This document shows, piece after piece, positions 38,239 to 48,116 of a stretch of 48,116 nucleotides of DNA (position 1 is the first letter of the stretch; every line of letters begins with the position of its first letter). The notes beneath the pieces were generated by a model, which saw nothing but the letters and a program-made list of their open reading frames with translations, ran no database searches and had not been told where the DNA came from. Where the stretch lies: assembly GCA_964389675.1 (NCBI GenBank), contig CAYMEV010000001.1, positions 282,539 to 330,654 on the forward strand. The letters run 5' to 3'. The position numbers were made by a program, and so were the translations under genes. Origin of the DNA: an uncultured Candidatus Sumerlaeota bacterium (lineage in GTDB: Bacteria > CAYMEV01).

Positions 38239-39366
38239 ATGACAAATAAAAAAAACAATAAAAAAAGGATCTATTTATCTTCCCCTCATATGAGCGATGA
38301 AGGCTATGAAATGCAGTACATTAAGGAAGCATTTGAATCTAACTGGATTGCTCCACTAGGGAAAAATGTAGATGAATTTGAGAAAGAATTTGCACATAAG
38401 GTCGGCGCAAAATATGCCGCAGCTCTAAGCTCAGGGACAGCCGCAATACATCTTGCCCTGAGACTGATCGGAATTATGCCTGGTGATATTGTATTCTGCC
38501 AGAGCCTCACTTTTTCTGCTACAGCAAATCCAATAATCTATGAGCATGCAGTCCCGGTATTTATAGACAGCAATTATGAGACATGGAACATGGATCCTGA
38601 ATCCCTGGAGCTTGCATTTGAGAAATATCCCAATGTAAAAGCAGTAATTGTAGTACATCTCTACGGCCTTTCTGCAGATATGGACAAGATAATGAACATC
38701 TGCAAAAGACATAGAACCCCTGTCATTGAGGATGCTGCAGAATCGCTTGGAACCCTTTATAAAAAAAGGCACACCGGCACTATAGGGGATTATGGAATCT
38801 ATAGTTTTAATGGAAATAAAATTATAACAACATCAGGAGGGGGAATGCTTGTAAGCAGCGACATAAAGGCAGTTGATAAAGTCAGATTCTGGGCAACACA
38901 GAGCAGGGACCCTGCACGTCATTATCAGCACAGCGAACTGGGATTTAACTACCGTATGAGCAATATAGTCGCAGGGATTGGAAGAGGGCAACTAAGGGTA
39001 CTTGATCAAAGAATCGAAAAGAAAAAATATATATTTGAATTTTATAAGAAAAACCTCAGAAACATAGAATTTATAGACTTTATGCCTGTAAATGACTGGA
39101 ATGATCCTAATTACTGGCTCTCATGCGCATATCTTAAAGGGAGAATTCGTCCAGCTGACATTATGGAGGCCCTAGATAAGGAGAACATTGAATCCAGACC
39201 CATATGGAAACCCATGCACAGACAGCCATTTTTTTCCGAATATGACTACATAGGCAAGGATGTTTCAGACAATATATTTGATAATGGTATATGTCTCCCT
39301 TCTGATACCAAAATGACAGAGGAAGACCTGGAACATATAGTTGAGATTATTAATAGGCTATACTGA
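38239..39366 (+). CDS. DegT/DnrJ family sugar aminotransferase (PglE/EpsN-like)
   Basis: LSSPHM, NWIAPLG, SSGTAAIHLAL, EDAAESLG, SFNGNKIITTSGGG, NYRMSN. Confidence 0.95.
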   Translation: MTNKKNNKKRIYLSSPHMSDEGYEMQYIKEAFESNWIAPLGKNVDEFEKEFAHKVGAKYAAALSSGTAAIHLALRLIGIMPGDIVFCQSLTFSATANPIIYEHAVPVFIDSNYETWNMDPESLELAFEKYPNVKAVIVVHLYGLSADMDKIMNICKRHRTPVIEDAAESLGTLYKKRHTGTIGDYGIYSFNGNKIITTSGGGMLVSSDIKAVDKVRFWATQSRDPARHYQHSELGFNYRMSNIVAGIGRGQLRVLDQRIEKKKYIFEFYKKNLRNIEFIDFMPVNDWNDPNYWLSCAYLKGRIRPADIMEALDKENIESRPIWKPMHRQPFFSEYDYIGKDVSDNIFDNGICLPSDTKMTEEDLEHIVEIINRLY

Positions 39367-39368
39367 TC

Positions 39369-39989
39369 ATGATATATAAGAAGTATATCAAAAGACCAAT
39401 GGATTTTGCTCTATCTTTAATATCCATGATCCTATTAAGCCCCTTATTCCTCATAATTGCAGTATTGGTCAAGACTAAACTGGGAAGTCCGGTCATCTAT
39501 AGACAAAAAAGACCAGGCTTAAATGAAAAAATATTTTCTCTGTATAAATTCAGAACCATGACAGAAGAAAAGGATGAAAATGGCAATCTGCTTCCTAACC
39601 ATAAGAGGCACACACCATTTGGCAAATTCCTCAGATCAACTTCTCTGGATGAACTTCCTGAACTATTTAATATATTAAAAGGAGATATGAGTATTGTTGG
39701 TCCCAGGCCCCTACTCATCGAATATCTGCCGCTATACAGCAAGGATCAGAGAAAAAGACATGATATAAGGCCAGGGCTTACAGGGCTGGCACAAGTAAAA
39801 GGAAGAAACAATATATCATGGGAGAAAAAATTCGAATATGATTTAAAATATATTAATAATTTATCGTTTTTAACTGATGCAAAAATAATTTTCCAAACAA
39901 TTTATAAATCATTTTTTTTGAGAGAAGGAATAAACAGCAGTAATGATATTACCATGGAGAAATTCAAAGGTTATAAAAAAAACCACTAA
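39369..39989 (+). CDS. Initiating phosphoglycosyltransferase (PglC/EpsL-like)
   Basis: KRPMD, YKFRTM, LRSTSLDELPEL, GDMSIVGPRP, RPGLTGLAQV. Confidence 0.95.
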   Translation: MIYKKYIKRPMDFALSLISMILLSPLFLIIAVLVKTKLGSPVIYRQKRPGLNEKIFSLYKFRTMTEEKDENGNLLPNHKRHTPFGKFLRSTSLDELPELFNILKGDMSIVGPRPLLIEYLPLYSKDQRKRHDIRPGLTGLAQVKGRNNISWEKKFEYDLKYINNLSFLTDAKIIFQTIYKSFFLREGINSSNDITMEKFKGYKKNH

Positions 39990-40034
39990 CTCTTATTCAG
40001 AAGCGATAAGAATTATTCTGGATACACTAAGCTA

Positions 40035-40673
40035 ATGGACAAAAATATTTACATTGTAGGAGCTGGTACATATGGAGAGGCTATGTTCGAGCTTGCGACT
40101 ATATTAGGGTATAATGTAATTTGCTTTTATGATGATAATGTAGATAAAATATCACAATATGTAATGGGTAAAAAGATAGCATCATCATTTTCAAGCTTAA
40201 AAGAAGCTGATATTGCTGATAAATATTTTATTGTAGCAATTGGCAACAATAAGAAAAGATATGAGATCTGCTCCATAATTAATGATCTAGGAGGTATTAC
40301 TCCCTCTTTAATACATCCAAGGGCATTATTGAGTCCTAGCGCGAAAATAGGGAAAGGGGTATATATACAAGCAAATGCTTATATCTGGACAAAGGTAGAA
40401 ATAGATGATTTTTGTATTATAAGCCCAAATGTTGTCATTGCACACCATGCACATATTGGCAAAGCATGTCTGATCTCTACAGGTTCCATTGTAGGTGCTT
40501 CAGTAAATATTAACAACAGCTCATTTCTTGGAATTGGATGCAGTATTATAACCGGGGTTTCAGAAATAGGTGAAAATTCAATAATTGGGGCCGGAGCATT
40601 GGTTCTGAAAGATGTTCAACCTGATTGTGTTGTAGTAGGTAGTCCAGCGAGATTCTTACGAAAAAATACATAA
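40035..40673 (+). CDS. Hexapeptide-repeat sugar acetyltransferase (PglD/NeuD/EpsM-like)
   Basis: IVGAG, VAIGNN, LIHP, hexapeptide repeats, VGSPAR. Confidence 0.9.
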   Translation: MDKNIYIVGAGTYGEAMFELATILGYNVICFYDDNVDKISQYVMGKKIASSFSSLKEADIADKYFIVAIGNNKKRYEICSIINDLGGITPSLIHPRALLSPSAKIGKGVYIQANAYIWTKVEIDDFCIISPNVVIAHHAHIGKACLISTGSIVGASVNINNSSFLGIGCSIITGVSEIGENSIIGAGALVLKDVQPDCVVVGSPARFLRKNT

Positions 40674-40882
40674 ATATATAGATTCGGGATGCTGATTGAT
40701 TACAGAGAACTATCAACATCTAGTGCTAGCAGTCAGCCTAGAACAATAAAATGTATTTTATTTCTGTCGATCTTTTTATCGCCTTTCTGATAAACATTCC
40801 GCAAATGAATGCACCGGATAAGAATTAATCATAAGGGGACATCTTTTAATAATCGATATTCCCGATAGAAGGTCAGAATATA

Positions 40883-40911
40883 TTGACAAAAAATAAATCT
40901 TAATTTAGCCT
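40883..40911 (+). promoter_or_regulatory. Internal sigma70 promoter, leaderless geometry
   Basis: TTGACA-17-TAGCCT-6 nt-ATG(40918); no SD. Confidence 0.6.
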
Positions 40912-40917
40912 AATGTC

Positions 40918-42045
40918 ATGAATTTTCTGTATGTAACGACAATTTCCAATACAACAAATGCATTCCTGATCCCCCATATCAGGATGCTGGTAGATATGGG
41001 ACATAATGTAGATATTGCATTTAATATTGATAGAGAAACTAGTAGTGAATTATTTGATATGGGATGTACTCTACATGTTATACCTTTTAATCGAAATCCA
41101 CTCAGTATTCAAAATATTAAAGCATACAAGCTACTCAGAAAGCTCTTGGATAACAATAATTACGACCTTATTCATACCCACACACCTGTAGCGTCTGCAT
41201 GTGTAAGGCTAGCATGCAGGAAGTTTAAAAGATTAAGAATAATCTACACTGCACATGGGTTTCATTTCCATGATGGCGCATCTTATGTAAATTGGCTTTT
41301 GTATTATCCAATAGAGAAATTTTTATCCAAATATACAGATACAATAATAACAATCAATACAGAAGATTTCAAACGTGCAAAAAAATCATTTTATTCTAGT
41401 AATATAGCTTATATACCAGGTGTAGGAATAGATCTGAATAGATTTAAAAATCTTGCAGTTGAGAAAGAAAATAAAAAAGCAGAATTAAAGATTCCCGCTA
41501 ATGCTATTATTTTAGTTTCTGTTGGAGAATTAAATAGAAATAAAAATCACAAAACTGTCATTAGAGCTATCTCTCATATAAATGACCCTAATATTTATTA
41601 TTTGATTTGCGGAAAAGGGAAGCTGGAAAAATATCTTCTAAAACTAATAAAAAGTAGAAAATTACAAAACAATGTAAGACTTTTAGGACATAGGAATGAT
41701 ATAATAGAAATATTAAAATCCTCTGACATATTTATTTTGCCATCCTATAGAGAGGGCCTATCTCTTTCACTAATGGAGGCAATGGCCAACGGATTACCTG
41801 TAATCTGTACAGACATAAGAGGCAATGTTGATCTTATTGAGGAAGGCAAGGGCGGGTATCTAGTTCAGCCAGACGATGTAGATGGTTTTGCACAAGCAAT
41901 CAAAAAGCTATGTGAATCTTCCAGCATAAAAGAATTCTTTTCAGAATTCAACTTAAAAAAAATACAACATTTTTCTATAGAGAAGGTATTAACCAAATTA
42001 AAATATATATATTTCAATCACAACGTTAAATGCATAACTCATTAA
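40918..42045 (+). CDS. GT4 glycosyltransferase (EpsD-like)
   Basis: IHTHTP, IYTAHGFHF, PGVGID, GELNRNKN, PSYREGL, EAMANGLP. Confidence 0.93.
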   Translation: MNFLYVTTISNTTNAFLIPHIRMLVDMGHNVDIAFNIDRETSSELFDMGCTLHVIPFNRNPLSIQNIKAYKLLRKLLDNNNYDLIHTHTPVASACVRLACRKFKRLRIIYTAHGFHFHDGASYVNWLLYYPIEKFLSKYTDTIITINTEDFKRAKKSFYSSNIAYIPGVGIDLNRFKNLAVEKENKKAELKIPANAIILVSVGELNRNKNHKTVIRAISHINDPNIYYLICGKGKLEKYLLKLIKSRKLQNNVRLLGHRNDIIEILKSSDIFILPSYREGLSLSLMEAMANGLPVICTDIRGNVDLIEEGKGGYLVQPDDVDGFAQAIKKLCESSSIKEFFSEFNLKKIQHFSIEKVLTKLKYIYFNHNVKCITH

Positions 42046-43094
42046 TAAGTATAATTATTCCCATTTATAATGTGGAAACATATTTGTCGCAGTGCATTGA
42101 GAGCATAATCAATCAGACATATTCGAATCTTGAAATTATCTGCATAGACGATAAAAGCCCTGATAAATGTCGAGAAATACTAAACCATTACTCTGAAAAT
42201 GACCCTAGGATAATAATTATAGAGCATAAATACAATAAGGGCATCTCAGAAGCCAGAAACAGTGGACTAATATCAGCAAATGGCGAGTATATTATGTTTG
42301 TAGATGCAGATGATTGGCTTGATACTAATACATGTGAAATTACTTTAAGGAAGTCCATTGAGTATACGGCTGATGTTGTCATGTGGCCGTATATAAGTGA
42401 GCATGGATCAAAATCAAACAAAAAAATAATATTTAAAGATAAATTTATCTATTTTTCCAGAAAAGATTTTGAAAACAGAGTATACAGACGTCTTTTCGGA
42501 TTGATAAAAGAAGAATTAAGAAATCCTGAATATTCTGAATCAATGGTTACCGTATGGGCTAAATTATATAGAAGATCTATAATAGTTAATTCTTCAGCCC
42601 GTTTTGTCGATACAAAGATTATTGGTACATCTGAAGATATGCTTTTCAATATTGAGACTCTGAAGAAATCAAAAATAGCTATTTACACAAATGAGTGTTT
42701 TTACCATTATCGGAAATACAACAACAACGCATACACAGCAAAATATAAGCCCGGACTGCCGCAGCAGTGGAACAGACTATATTCCATTATACAGGACCAT
42801 ATAAAAAGGTATAACTTATCTGAGGAATATTTGGATGCATTAACAAATCGTATCTCATTAAGCATTATAGGGCTTGGGTTTAATGAAATAAATAGTAACA
42901 ATAATATCATCAAGAAAATAAAAAATATCAAAAATATCATAACTAATCCCAGATACCTGGACTCAATAAAAAGATTTGATTTTAGGTATCTGCCAATACA
43001 CTGGAAGGTTCTACTATATTTTTCTAAGAAAAAATTTTCTTCTGGTCTATATATAATATTAAGAATAGCGAAAATCATTAGGAGAATCATATAG
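42030..43094 (+). CDS. GT2 glycosyltransferase
   Basis: ISIIIPIYNVE, IDDKSPD, FVDADD, SED. Confidence 0.93.
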   Translation: MHNSLISIIIPIYNVETYLSQCIESIINQTYSNLEIICIDDKSPDKCREILNHYSENDPRIIIIEHKYNKGISEARNSGLISANGEYIMFVDADDWLDTNTCEITLRKSIEYTADVVMWPYISEHGSKSNKKIIFKDKFIYFSRKDFENRVYRRLFGLIKEELRNPEYSESMVTVWAKLYRRSIIVNSSARFVDTKIIGTSEDMLFNIETLKKSKIAIYTNECFYHYRKYNNNAYTAKYKPGLPQQWNRLYSIIQDHIKRYNLSEEYLDALTNRISLSIIGLGFNEINSNNNIIKKIKNIKNIITNPRYLDSIKRFDFRYLPIHWKVLLYFSKKKFSSGLYIILRIAKIIRRII

Positions 43095-44087
43095 TTGCCC
43101 CTGCTAAGCATAATAATTCCGATATATAATACCGAGAAATTTTTGCCTGATTGTATTAAAAGCGTATTAAATCAGAGCTTCACAGATTTTGAGTTAATAC
43201 TTGTTGATGATGGCTCTACAGATAATTGCCCGAATATTTGTAATGCATACTCAGAAGATGAACCAAGAATCACAGTAATTCATAAAAAATTAAATGAAGG
43301 CTCATCTGAAGCTAGAAATTCTGGTATATCCAGGGCAAAGGGACATTACCTTATGTTTCTTGATAGCGATGATTTTTGGGATGATAAAGAGGCATTATGC
43401 AGAATATCTGAGTATATAATAAAAAATCCGGACCAGAACGTTATTATGTTCCAGGCAAAAAAATACTTTGAATCAAACAATCGTATTGAAGAGGACAAAA
43501 TACATGATAATATTAGAATAAACATGTTAACAAAGCATGAAACCATTAAATATCTAATTACAAGCCAGACTTACTCCATGAGCGCATGCACAAAAATTCT
43601 AAAGCGGGATTTAATATTAGAATATCGCATTTATTTTGAAAAAGACCTGCTAGGAGAAGACTTAGACTGGTTTTTAAGACTTATAACTAATGTTAGTAAT
43701 CTATATGCTATAAAAGAGAATTTCTACGTCTATAGAATGAGGCCAGGGTCAATAACAAAATCCATTTCGTTCAAAAATTTAGAGGACTGGCTATATATAA
43801 TTGAGAAATGGGAGAAATGCTTTTTGACAATAAATATTCCTCAACCATTTAAGAAGTATTATTTTGGAATATTGGCCTATGCTTATGTTGTAGGTATACT
43901 ATTATACAGTCAGCTAAAACGGGATGAAAAAGTGCGAGCTTTTCCAAAGATTAAATTAAAAAGCTATCTGCTTCATTATTCTGTAAATAACAAAATACGG
44001 GTAACAAAATTTATAAACAGGATCTTTGGTATCAGGATAACTTCATTTTTATTATCTAAATACATGAAGACATTCAGAAGGGATTAA
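43095..44087 (+). CDS. GT2 glycosyltransferase (TTG start)
   Basis: LSIIIPIYN, VDDGSTD, FLDSDD, GEDLDW. Confidence 0.93.
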   Translation: MPLLSIIIPIYNTEKFLPDCIKSVLNQSFTDFELILVDDGSTDNCPNICNAYSEDEPRITVIHKKLNEGSSEARNSGISRAKGHYLMFLDSDDFWDDKEALCRISEYIIKNPDQNVIMFQAKKYFESNNRIEEDKIHDNIRINMLTKHETIKYLITSQTYSMSACTKILKRDLILEYRIYFEKDLLGEDLDWFLRLITNVSNLYAIKENFYVYRMRPGSITKSISFKNLEDWLYIIEKWEKCFLTINIPQPFKKYYFGILAYAYVVGILLYSQLKRDEKVRAFPKIKLKSYLLHYSVNNKIRVTKFINRIFGIRITSFLLSKYMKTFRRD

Positions 44088-44119
44088 AGGTATTAAGAAA
44101 ATGTCTGTTTCCACAATAA

Positions 44120-45412
44120 ATGCAATCGGAAATACGCAGAGCCATAAAGATGTTTGAGAACATAATTACAACAAATGTTAACATAGTTTCTATAGCGGTG
44201 TTATTAACATTCATGTTAATAATAGTATTTAAAAATTTAAAAATAATGCCTACTGCAAAAATTTCTTTGATATATATTATTATATTTCTGATAAGGCTAT
44301 TGCTACTGTTCTATCGGACAAATAATGGATACTTGCCTATGTCAGGGAGCGATTGGGGTGTATTTCACAGATTGGCATTAAATCTAGTCTATAGCATTGA
44401 TAATATTTGGGGGATTATATTTCCAGATAGATCCTTTGGTTTTAGAGGAGGTTTTTATGAGCAATTTGTGGCAATAATTTATTATGTTTTTGGCGTTAGC
44501 AAGAATTATATGCATATGATGAGTTTTATTTTTAGTGAGATTTTATTCCGCTATATTTATTTATGTTCTTTCCTAATTTCATCAAGCAGGAAAATTTCTA
44601 TATTATCCTCTTTCTATTTTTATTTATATCCCCTGGCAATAGTTTACTCAGTTGATTATATGCGTGAAATTATTATAATTACCATACTTGTAATTTCATT
44701 GTATCATTTTATTTTGTTTATAAAGTATAGAAAAAAAATAAATTTGTTTCTAACGTTATTTTTTTCATTACTTATTGCAGGAATGCACTCTGGAATGCTT
44801 TCAATATTATTCAGCTATATAATAATCATTACATCTCTAGATAAAAAATATCAAAAATTTAAATTTACAATTCCACGGATGCTCATCATAGTATTCATCA
44901 TATCGCTTATATACAATTCCTTCCTCTGGCCTATTCTCTCCGGAAAATTATCAAGACTTGAATCTGCGGAGAGTCTCCAGGATTTAGCACCCAAAATCCA
45001 TGGTACAACAGATTATATTGCTCCTCCCAGATCAAATATAGAAGCAATAGCCCAAGTCCCGATCAGATTCATTTTTTTTCTTATATCCCCTCTCCCTTGG
45101 CAAGTTAATTCCTTCTATACTTTTATAGCGATGGTACTCGATGGTGTCCTGCGCTGGCTTATCATTTACAAAATATTATTGAATATTAGGAAAGCAAAAT
45201 TTTTGCCTCAGCTAGAGAGAGTTATATTTTACAGCTTTCTCATAATACTGGTATTCTCCACCTTGACTTTTTCATGGGGTACGAACAATTTTGGAACTGC
45301 AATGCGACACAGACTAAAATTATTGCCAATGGAGATATTAATGGCATATACTATATTTTCAAAAAATGATTCTGAGTATGAAATAAAACATTTAACTAAA
45401 CAGGATAAATGA
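44120..45412 (+). CDS. Probable Wzy-like polymerase (start may be 44150)
   Basis: About 10 TM segments in a GT/flippase operon; SPLPWQ and NFGTAMRHR motifs. Confidence 0.6.
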   Translation: MQSEIRRAIKMFENIITTNVNIVSIAVLLTFMLIIVFKNLKIMPTAKISLIYIIIFLIRLLLLFYRTNNGYLPMSGSDWGVFHRLALNLVYSIDNIWGIIFPDRSFGFRGGFYEQFVAIIYYVFGVSKNYMHMMSFIFSEILFRYIYLCSFLISSSRKISILSSFYFYLYPLAIVYSVDYMREIIIITILVISLYHFILFIKYRKKINLFLTLFFSLLIAGMHSGMLSILFSYIIIITSLDKKYQKFKFTIPRMLIIVFIISLIYNSFLWPILSGKLSRLESAESLQDLAPKIHGTTDYIAPPRSNIEAIAQVPIRFIFFLISPLPWQVNSFYTFIAMVLDGVLRWLIIYKILLNIRKAKFLPQLERVIFYSFLIILVFSTLTFSWGTNNFGTAMRHRLKLLPMEILMAYTIFSKNDSEYEIKHLTKQDK

Positions 45413-46383
45413 GCATGGATAAAGAAAGATTTATAACGATATTTACACCAACCTTTAACAGAGCATACATTATCGAAAAACTATATAACTCATTAATAAG
45501 GCAGAGCTGTAATGAATTCGAATGGCTTGTAATTGATGATGGCTCAACTGATAATACTAAAGGACTCATTCAAAATCTAATGAAAAATAAAAATAACTTT
45601 GACATTAGATATTACTGGCAGAAAAATGGAGGTCAGCATAGAGCACTGAATAGGGCTATCGAATATGCTAAGGGTGGTCTTCTGGTAATAGTAGATTCTG
45701 ATGATTACCTGTCTGATTCCGCAGTAGATACATTGTATAGATGGTGGACCTCGTTAGACAATATATGTGATATTGCCGGAGTATCTGGGCCGATGGCTAG
45801 GTTTGATGGTTCAATTATAGGGGATAACATATCGTTTACAGGTGATTTTATTGATTGTTTCGAAACTGAAAGATATAAATATGGTTTAAACGGAGATAAA
45901 GTAGAGGCATTTTTTACTGATATTTTAAGAAAATATTATCCAATACCTGAGTTTAATGGTGAAAATAGTGCTGAGAAGGCAATTCTTTACCTCAAAATTG
46001 CAAATGCAGGATATAAGATAAGGTGGTTCAATGAGATTATATATTATGCAGAATATCGAGATGACGGGATGACGGCAAAAAAGCAAAGTACATGGCTTAA
46101 TAATTTCACTGGATATACCTACTGGATGAGACTGTTCTATAAATCTGAAAGAACACCAATTAGAAAACTAAAAAGATTATGCACCTATATTTTGATCTCT
46201 GAGAAAAAGAAACTGAAGATAAAAAAAATATCAGAAAATATGAAAGCAAATATCTTCATAATTTCAATTGCCAAAATTATTACTGAGATTTATCATAAGC
46301 GGATAGCAAGAAGACGATTTCTTTGGATGCTTACAGACAATAGCAATAAATCTGCATTACCATTTCACAAAAAGAAATTATAA
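45409..46383 (+). CDS. GT2 glycosyltransferase
   Basis: FTPTFNRAY, EWLVIDDGSTD, NGGQHRALN, VDSDD. Confidence 0.92.
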   Translation: MSMDKERFITIFTPTFNRAYIIEKLYNSLIRQSCNEFEWLVIDDGSTDNTKGLIQNLMKNKNNFDIRYYWQKNGGQHRALNRAIEYAKGGLLVIVDSDDYLSDSAVDTLYRWWTSLDNICDIAGVSGPMARFDGSIIGDNISFTGDFIDCFETERYKYGLNGDKVEAFFTDILRKYYPIPEFNGENSAEKAILYLKIANAGYKIRWFNEIIYYAEYRDDGMTAKKQSTWLNNFTGYTYWMRLFYKSERTPIRKLKRLCTYILISEKKKLKIKKISENMKANIFIISIAKIITEIYHKRIARRRFLWMLTDNSNKSALPFHKKKL

Positions 46384-46499
46384 TCTTAATTGGATTATAC
46401 TTTAGAATACTGATTATTAAATTGGTAGACATTCATCAAGCATATTGAACAGGGAATGAGCTTCTACAAATCGAATTAATATATAAAAGGTCAACACTA

Positions 46500-47918
46500 T
46501 TGCAAGAAAGTTATAAAAGACTATTTTCAAATACAATTTTGCTTGCCATCGGAAACATAGGCTCCAGATTCATTATGTTCTTATTACTTCCATTATACAC
46601 ACACGTTTTATCTACACCGGAATATGGGATTACTGAGTTAGTTCTGGTTACCTGCAATCTGCTAATTCCTATTTTTTCTTTATCAATAGGTGAATCAGTT
46701 CTGAGATATGGACTAAATAAGAATTACAAAAGTGGGATAATTTTAAAAAATTCTCTTGTTGTCTTAATATCTGGCTCAATAATTATGCTGTCAGTTGTCC
46801 CAATTCTGCAGAAAATTAAATCAATTTCTGAATTTATATTATATATCTACCTAATTGCAGCAATTAAATCTTTTAGATCTGTCTTCTCTTTGTATCTAAA
46901 ATCAGTTGAAAAAATTAGACTGTATGCAATTGATAATATTTTATATGCATTAATGATGGCAATTTTTAATATAATATTGTTAGTAATTTATAAAATGCAG
47001 TTACAAGGATTCTTTCTTGCAATAATTTTTTCAACTTTATTTTCACTAATATTTATCCTTATAAAAGGCAATATCATTGCTGATATAGCACTAAATAAAG
47101 CTGATTATGAAATTCTTAGACAAATGATTTTATTCTCTGCGCCGATGATTATCAATGCAATAGTATTATGGATAAATAGTTCAAGTGATAGAATAATGTT
47201 AGGCATTTTTCTTTCTTCTGCAGCCGTTGGTATATATTCAGTATCAGCAAAAATTCCTACATTAATAACTACAATTACAAATATCTTCATCCAGGCATGG
47301 GTAATTTCTTCAGTAACTGAATATGATTCAAATTCTGACAAAGGCTTTTATCAAAAGGTCTTTCATTTTTTTAACCTTATGCTAGTGAGCCTTGCATCTG
47401 TTATTATTTCTATAATTAAATGCTTTATGCAGTTTTATGTTGGAGATGATTTTATTGAGGCCTGGGTATATGTACCTATTTTACTCTTAGCATCTCTTTT
47501 TCTTACTTATTCTAGTTTTTTTGGAGCAATATATATTGCATGTAAAAAAACTAAGAATATTATGATTACTACATTAATAGGAGCAATATTCAACATAATA
47601 TTAAATTTTATTCTAATAAAAAAGTTAGGCATTTTAGGCGCGATACTTGCGACCCTATTAACTTTTATGTATATGGCACTTTACAGGATGTACGATTCAC
47701 GAAAATATATTAGTTTCTATATTGATCATAAAGTAGTTTTTTTATCGATTATAGTATTGTTTATTCAGTGCTATATAACAATAACACAAGATTATCCAAG
47801 TACATTCTCAATTTTATATTTATTCATTATAATGCTAATAAACAAGAAGTATTTGCTTGAGGTAATAAATTTCCTAAAGGCCTATAGAAGAGATGGTATA
47901 AATACTAAAACTCAGTAG
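46500..47918 (+). CDS. wzx: Wzx-type flippase
   Basis: LLPLYTHVLSTPEYG, SSDRIML, VGIYSVSAKIP, GILGA; about 12 TM. Confidence 0.87.
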   Translation: MQESYKRLFSNTILLAIGNIGSRFIMFLLLPLYTHVLSTPEYGITELVLVTCNLLIPIFSLSIGESVLRYGLNKNYKSGIILKNSLVVLISGSIIMLSVVPILQKIKSISEFILYIYLIAAIKSFRSVFSLYLKSVEKIRLYAIDNILYALMMAIFNIILLVIYKMQLQGFFLAIIFSTLFSLIFILIKGNIIADIALNKADYEILRQMILFSAPMIINAIVLWINSSSDRIMLGIFLSSAAVGIYSVSAKIPTLITTITNIFIQAWVISSVTEYDSNSDKGFYQKVFHFFNLMLVSLASVIISIIKCFMQFYVGDDFIEAWVYVPILLLASLFLTYSSFFGAIYIACKKTKNIMITTLIGAIFNIILNFILIKKLGILGAILATLLTFMYMALYRMYDSRKYISFYIDHKVVFLSIIVLFIQCYITITQDYPSTFSILYLFIIMLINKKYLLEVINFLKAYRRDGINTKTQ

Positions 47919-48020
47919 GATTGCCCATAATGATTAGCGACAACTATAAATGAACACTAGCGAAATTTATAAATACCCGGCGTATTGCCTCATTCAAAAA
48001 TGTTACCATAAAACCCTATG

Positions 48021-48116
48021 TGCCAATATAGATGTCGCCTCTAAACAAGGAGGAAAAGATGTCATATTCAAACTCAATTAAGCGAGGAATTTTGAAAAAA
48101 GTATTACCGCCTGAAA
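48021..48116 (+). mobile_element. Probable left end of an IS3-family element: IRL plus start of transposase OrfA, truncated by the window
   Basis: TGCCAATATAGATGTCGCC, SD AAGGAGG (48047-48053), ATG 48059 giving MSYSNSIKRGILKKVLPPE, which resembles IS3 OrfA N-termini (YS..K..ILKK.LPP). Only 19 codons are visible. Confidence 0.6.

Noticed and set aside
1189-47341. Many short overlapping or antisense ORFs in the six-frame track
   Set aside because: They lie within well-supported genes and show no recognisable motifs; shadow ORFs.
1-48116. CRISPR array, tRNA, rRNA, T9SS C-terminal sorting domains
   Set aside because: No regularly spaced repeats or RNA-gene signatures seen; the large proteins end in the propeller rather than a T9SS CTD.

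Overview
Bacterial cell-surface locus with two interleaved parts. (1) A large glycan biosynthesis region: five GT4 and four GT2 glycosyltransferases, two GT-C-type integral-membrane transferases, a SAM methyltransferase, three flippases (two Wzx, one MurJ-like), three Wzy/O-antigen-ligase-type membrane proteins and a PglF/PglE/PglD/PglC-like (di-N-acetylbacillosamine-type) initiation set. The block from about 39.4 kb onward is visibly AT-richer and ends at the left end of a probable IS3-family element. (2) Embedded in it (9.8-27.5 kb), a tandem array of four secreted paralogues that share one ~580-aa C-terminal module (three Ig/carboxypeptidase-regulatory-like repeats plus an FG-GAP-like propeller) but carry different N-terminal cargo: none; an intact S8 subtilase plus adhesin domains; an S8 whose catalytic His and oxyanion Asn are replaced plus adhesin domains; adhesin domains only. 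A secreted FN3 plus tandem FGE-fold protein lies nearby. Many glycosylation genes appear to be transcribed singly as leaderless mRNAs, while the large secreted genes have SD sites and long, partly structured leaders. No rRNA, tRNA, CRISPR array or reverse transcriptase was seen. All family calls come from motif recognition by eye, not database searches.
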